From the UHGV virus genome UHGV-0363594: a stretch of DNA of 7,651 nucleotides; one strand, written 5' to 3'. Numbering within the stretch: position 1 is the stretch's first letter; every line of letters begins with the position of its first letter. The notes under the pieces were generated by a model. That model was not told the origin of the DNA. It saw nothing but the letters and a program-made list of their open reading frames with translations, and did not search any database. The translations under genes were made by a program, and so were the position numbers. Below are positions 6,530 to 7,651 of this stretch, one piece after another. The DNA is from a virus.

Positions 6530-6743
6530 AACCCCCCCCATTTTCACAATCAGCAATAAGAATATTTTTAGCGTCATTCAGCGACCGCGTGGCGGTGTAT
6601 CTGATACATTCCAGGGCGAACTGTGTCCGGTCTTTCTGTTCTTCTCCCTGCGCAAGCTCTGCCGTGCATTCAATATCAATAAGCGCGTGCATCAGCGTAG
6701 TGAGTGCGGCGGCGGCTGCGTCCGGTGTGGTTTTATTGCACAT
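6522..6743 (-). CDS. Hypothetical protein (73 aa with the start chosen here; the ORF extends to 6773)
   Basis: The start at 6743 (MCNKTTPD...) is preceded by a strong SD AGGAGGT with a 5-nt spacer and overlaps the end of Icd-like gene A by 11 bp. Ala-rich N-terminus, several Cys. Confidence 0.5.
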   Translation of the reverse strand: MCNKTTPDAAAAALTTLMHALIDIECTAELAQGEEQKDRTQFALECIRYTATRSLNDAKNILIADCENGGGYA

Positions 6744-6906
6744 GGCACACCTCCTGACGAATACGGGCGACAAAAATCAGATGTGCGTGCGGCAGCTGGG
6801 CGCGGGCTTCGCGCTCAGTGGCAGCGGTAACGGTGTAAATATCAATGCTGCTGTGGTGGCACTGCATAAAGCGCCAGACAAAGTAAGGGCGTGCGGATAC
6901 AGCCAT
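6733..6906 (-). CDS. Small Icd-like protein, paralog A (57 aa from the internal start; the ORF extends to 7041)
   Basis: Shares FVWRF, TEREAR and F(V/A)ARIRQ motifs with the 7192..7389 ORF. The start at 6906 is preceded by GGGAGCC, similar to the RBS of paralog B. The motif pattern resembles host cell division inhibitor Icd-like proteins as I recall them (memory-based, unverified). Confidence 0.55.
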   Translation of the reverse strand: MAVSARPYFVWRFMQCHHSSIDIYTVTAATEREARAQLPHAHLIFVARIRQEVCHVQ

Positions 6907-6992
6907 GTGAAAGGCTCCCAGATGAATTTTAAGGAGTCTCGCTACTACGCTGTCAAACATGGTGGCGAGACGTAACAGGGTTGACAGACTGG

Positions 6993-7199
6993 TCATCTGG
7001 AAACCAGCGAGCACAAAGGCTCCCCCGTTACGCCCCGCCATAATGCGGGTATGGGTAGGTTTACGGACACAAAAAACCGCTTATCGGATGTGGGCGGCTG
7101 TCCGCCAGATGTATTCAGGCTGTCAAACCCGGTCGCCATGTGGGCGACGGGGGAAGCATACAGCCCCGTGATAATTTTTTGCAAGCGGTTTTTACGCAT
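6993..7199 (-). CDS. Hypothetical protein (68 aa with the start chosen here; the ORF extends to 7241)
   Basis: The start at 7199 (MRKNRLQ...) has an AGGGG SD-like element and overlaps Icd-like B by 8 bp. It occupies the same relative position as 6522..6743 in the duplicated unit but shows no obvious protein similarity to it. Confidence 0.4.
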   Translation of the reverse strand: MRKNRLQKIITGLYASPVAHMATGFDSLNTSGGQPPTSDKRFFVSVNLPIPALWRGVTGEPLCSLVSR

Positions 7200-7389
7200 G
7201 ATGTGACCCCTGGCGAATACGGGCGGCGAATACAGCAACACAACCGGACGGGCAACGGCTACGCGCTTCGCGTTCCGTCCAGGCGGTTACGTGGATGATT
7301 TGAGATTCTCCGGCACTCAGTGCCAGAAAACGCCACACAAAGGCCGTTTGTGTGTGTACAAGGTGTGGTATATGATTTACGGCAACCAT
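7192..7389 (-). CDS. Small Icd-like protein, paralog B (65 aa); first gene of the leftward early operon
   Basis: SD GGAG 5 nt upstream of the ATG. Motifs AFVWRF...TEREARSR...VFAARIRQG are paralogous to 6733..6906. Confidence 0.6.
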   Translation of the reverse strand: MVAVNHIPHLVHTQTAFVWRFLALSAGESQIIHVTAWTEREARSRCPSGCVAVFAARIRQGSHHA

Positions 7390-7417
7390 AACGGCTCCTA
7401 GTTTACGTTGTTGGTTA

Positions 7418-7452
7418 GAAGCCCCGTTACTGCTCCAACAGTGCGGGGCTTC
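7418..7452 (-). other. GC-rich stem-loop in the predicted 5' leader of the Icd-like operon
   Basis: 9-bp perfect stem GAAGCCCCG (7418-7426) / CGGGGCTTC (7444-7452) with a 17-nt loop. It is not followed by a U-run on the minus-strand transcript, so it is probably not a terminator. Confidence 0.4.
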
Positions 7453-7490
7453 GTCGTTTCAATTGCTGAATTGCATGTATCAGCACTTGT

Positions 7491-7544
7491 GGTATTCACA
7501 TTACATTTATGTGAATACCATTTCAAGTCTTTTTTGGTATTCAC
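7491..7544. promoter_or_regulatory. Operator-like perfect inverted repeat plus an extra half-site in the divergent promoter region
   Basis: GGTATTCACAT-tacattt-ATGTGAATACC (7491-7519) with a third half-site GGTATTCAC at 7536-7544. A candidate minus-strand promoter overlaps it: -35 TTGAAA (plus 7521-7526) and -10 TGTAAT (plus 7500-7505), 15-nt spacer. Confidence 0.5.
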
Positions 7545-7587
7545 TTTTGTATTACACTGCATCCCGTTATTAATGGGAGGTGCAAAC

Positions 7588-7651
7588 ATGTCCAGGAGTT
7601 CTGTTAACAATAAGTCACAGCAACTGAATGCCAGATTTCCACATGAAGTAG
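7588..7651 (+). CDS. 5' end of a plus-strand gene (partial, runs off the window), divergent from the Icd-like operon; possible regulator
   Basis: ATG at 7588 is preceded by a strong SD GGGAGGTG with a 6-nt spacer. The open frame MSRSSVNNKSQQLNARFPHEV continues to the window end. Its function cannot be assigned from 21 residues. Confidence 0.5.
   Translation, partial: MSRSSVNNKSQQLNARFPHEV

Noticed and set aside
6907-7041. N-terminal 45-aa extension of the 102-aa ORF (start at 7041)
   Set aside because: The extension overlaps the 6993-7199 ORF in another frame and has no SD, whereas the internal ATG at 6906 has a GGGAG site and yields a protein collinear with its paralog. The shorter gene model was adopted.
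7398-7610. 70-aa minus-strand ORF spanning the divergent promoter region
   Set aside because: It covers the inverted-repeat operator, the leader stem-loop and the RBS and start of the rightward gene. Its composition is Asn/Thr/Lys-rich and low-complexity. Interpreting the interval as regulatory DNA is more parsimonious.

Overview
This window reads as a compact phage-satellite-like or prophage-like mobile-element segment from an enterobacterial-type genome, with every convincing gene on the minus strand except one partial gene running off the right edge. From right to left there are three minus-strand modules. (1) 7587-7400 is a divergent regulatory region with a perfect 11-bp inverted repeat, followed by an operon of tightly overlapping small genes (7389-5768) that includes two tandem paralogous Icd-like small proteins, and then a ~584-aa primase/helicase with a Walker-A motif (5771-4017). 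(2) 4004-3776 is an iteron-dense, AT-flanked putative replication origin, followed by a small ORF and an SSB gene (3730-3033) and an intrinsic terminator. (3) 3016-2616 is a long intergenic region with a near-consensus sigma70 promoter overlapped by a 32-bp palindrome, followed by a four-gene operon (2615-581) encoding a small protein, a lambda gpE-family major capsid protein, a lambda gpD-like decoration protein and a 137-aa unknown, ending in a terminator that reuses the motif found after ssb. The leftmost ~580 bp is non-coding, AT-rich and carries ~27-bp direct repeats. The most unusual feature is that the capsid pair sits as a self-contained, separately regulated operon next to a replication module, with no portal, protease, scaffold or terminase gene in the window. 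All functional calls rest on my reading of the translated ORFs and motif recollection; no database search was possible.
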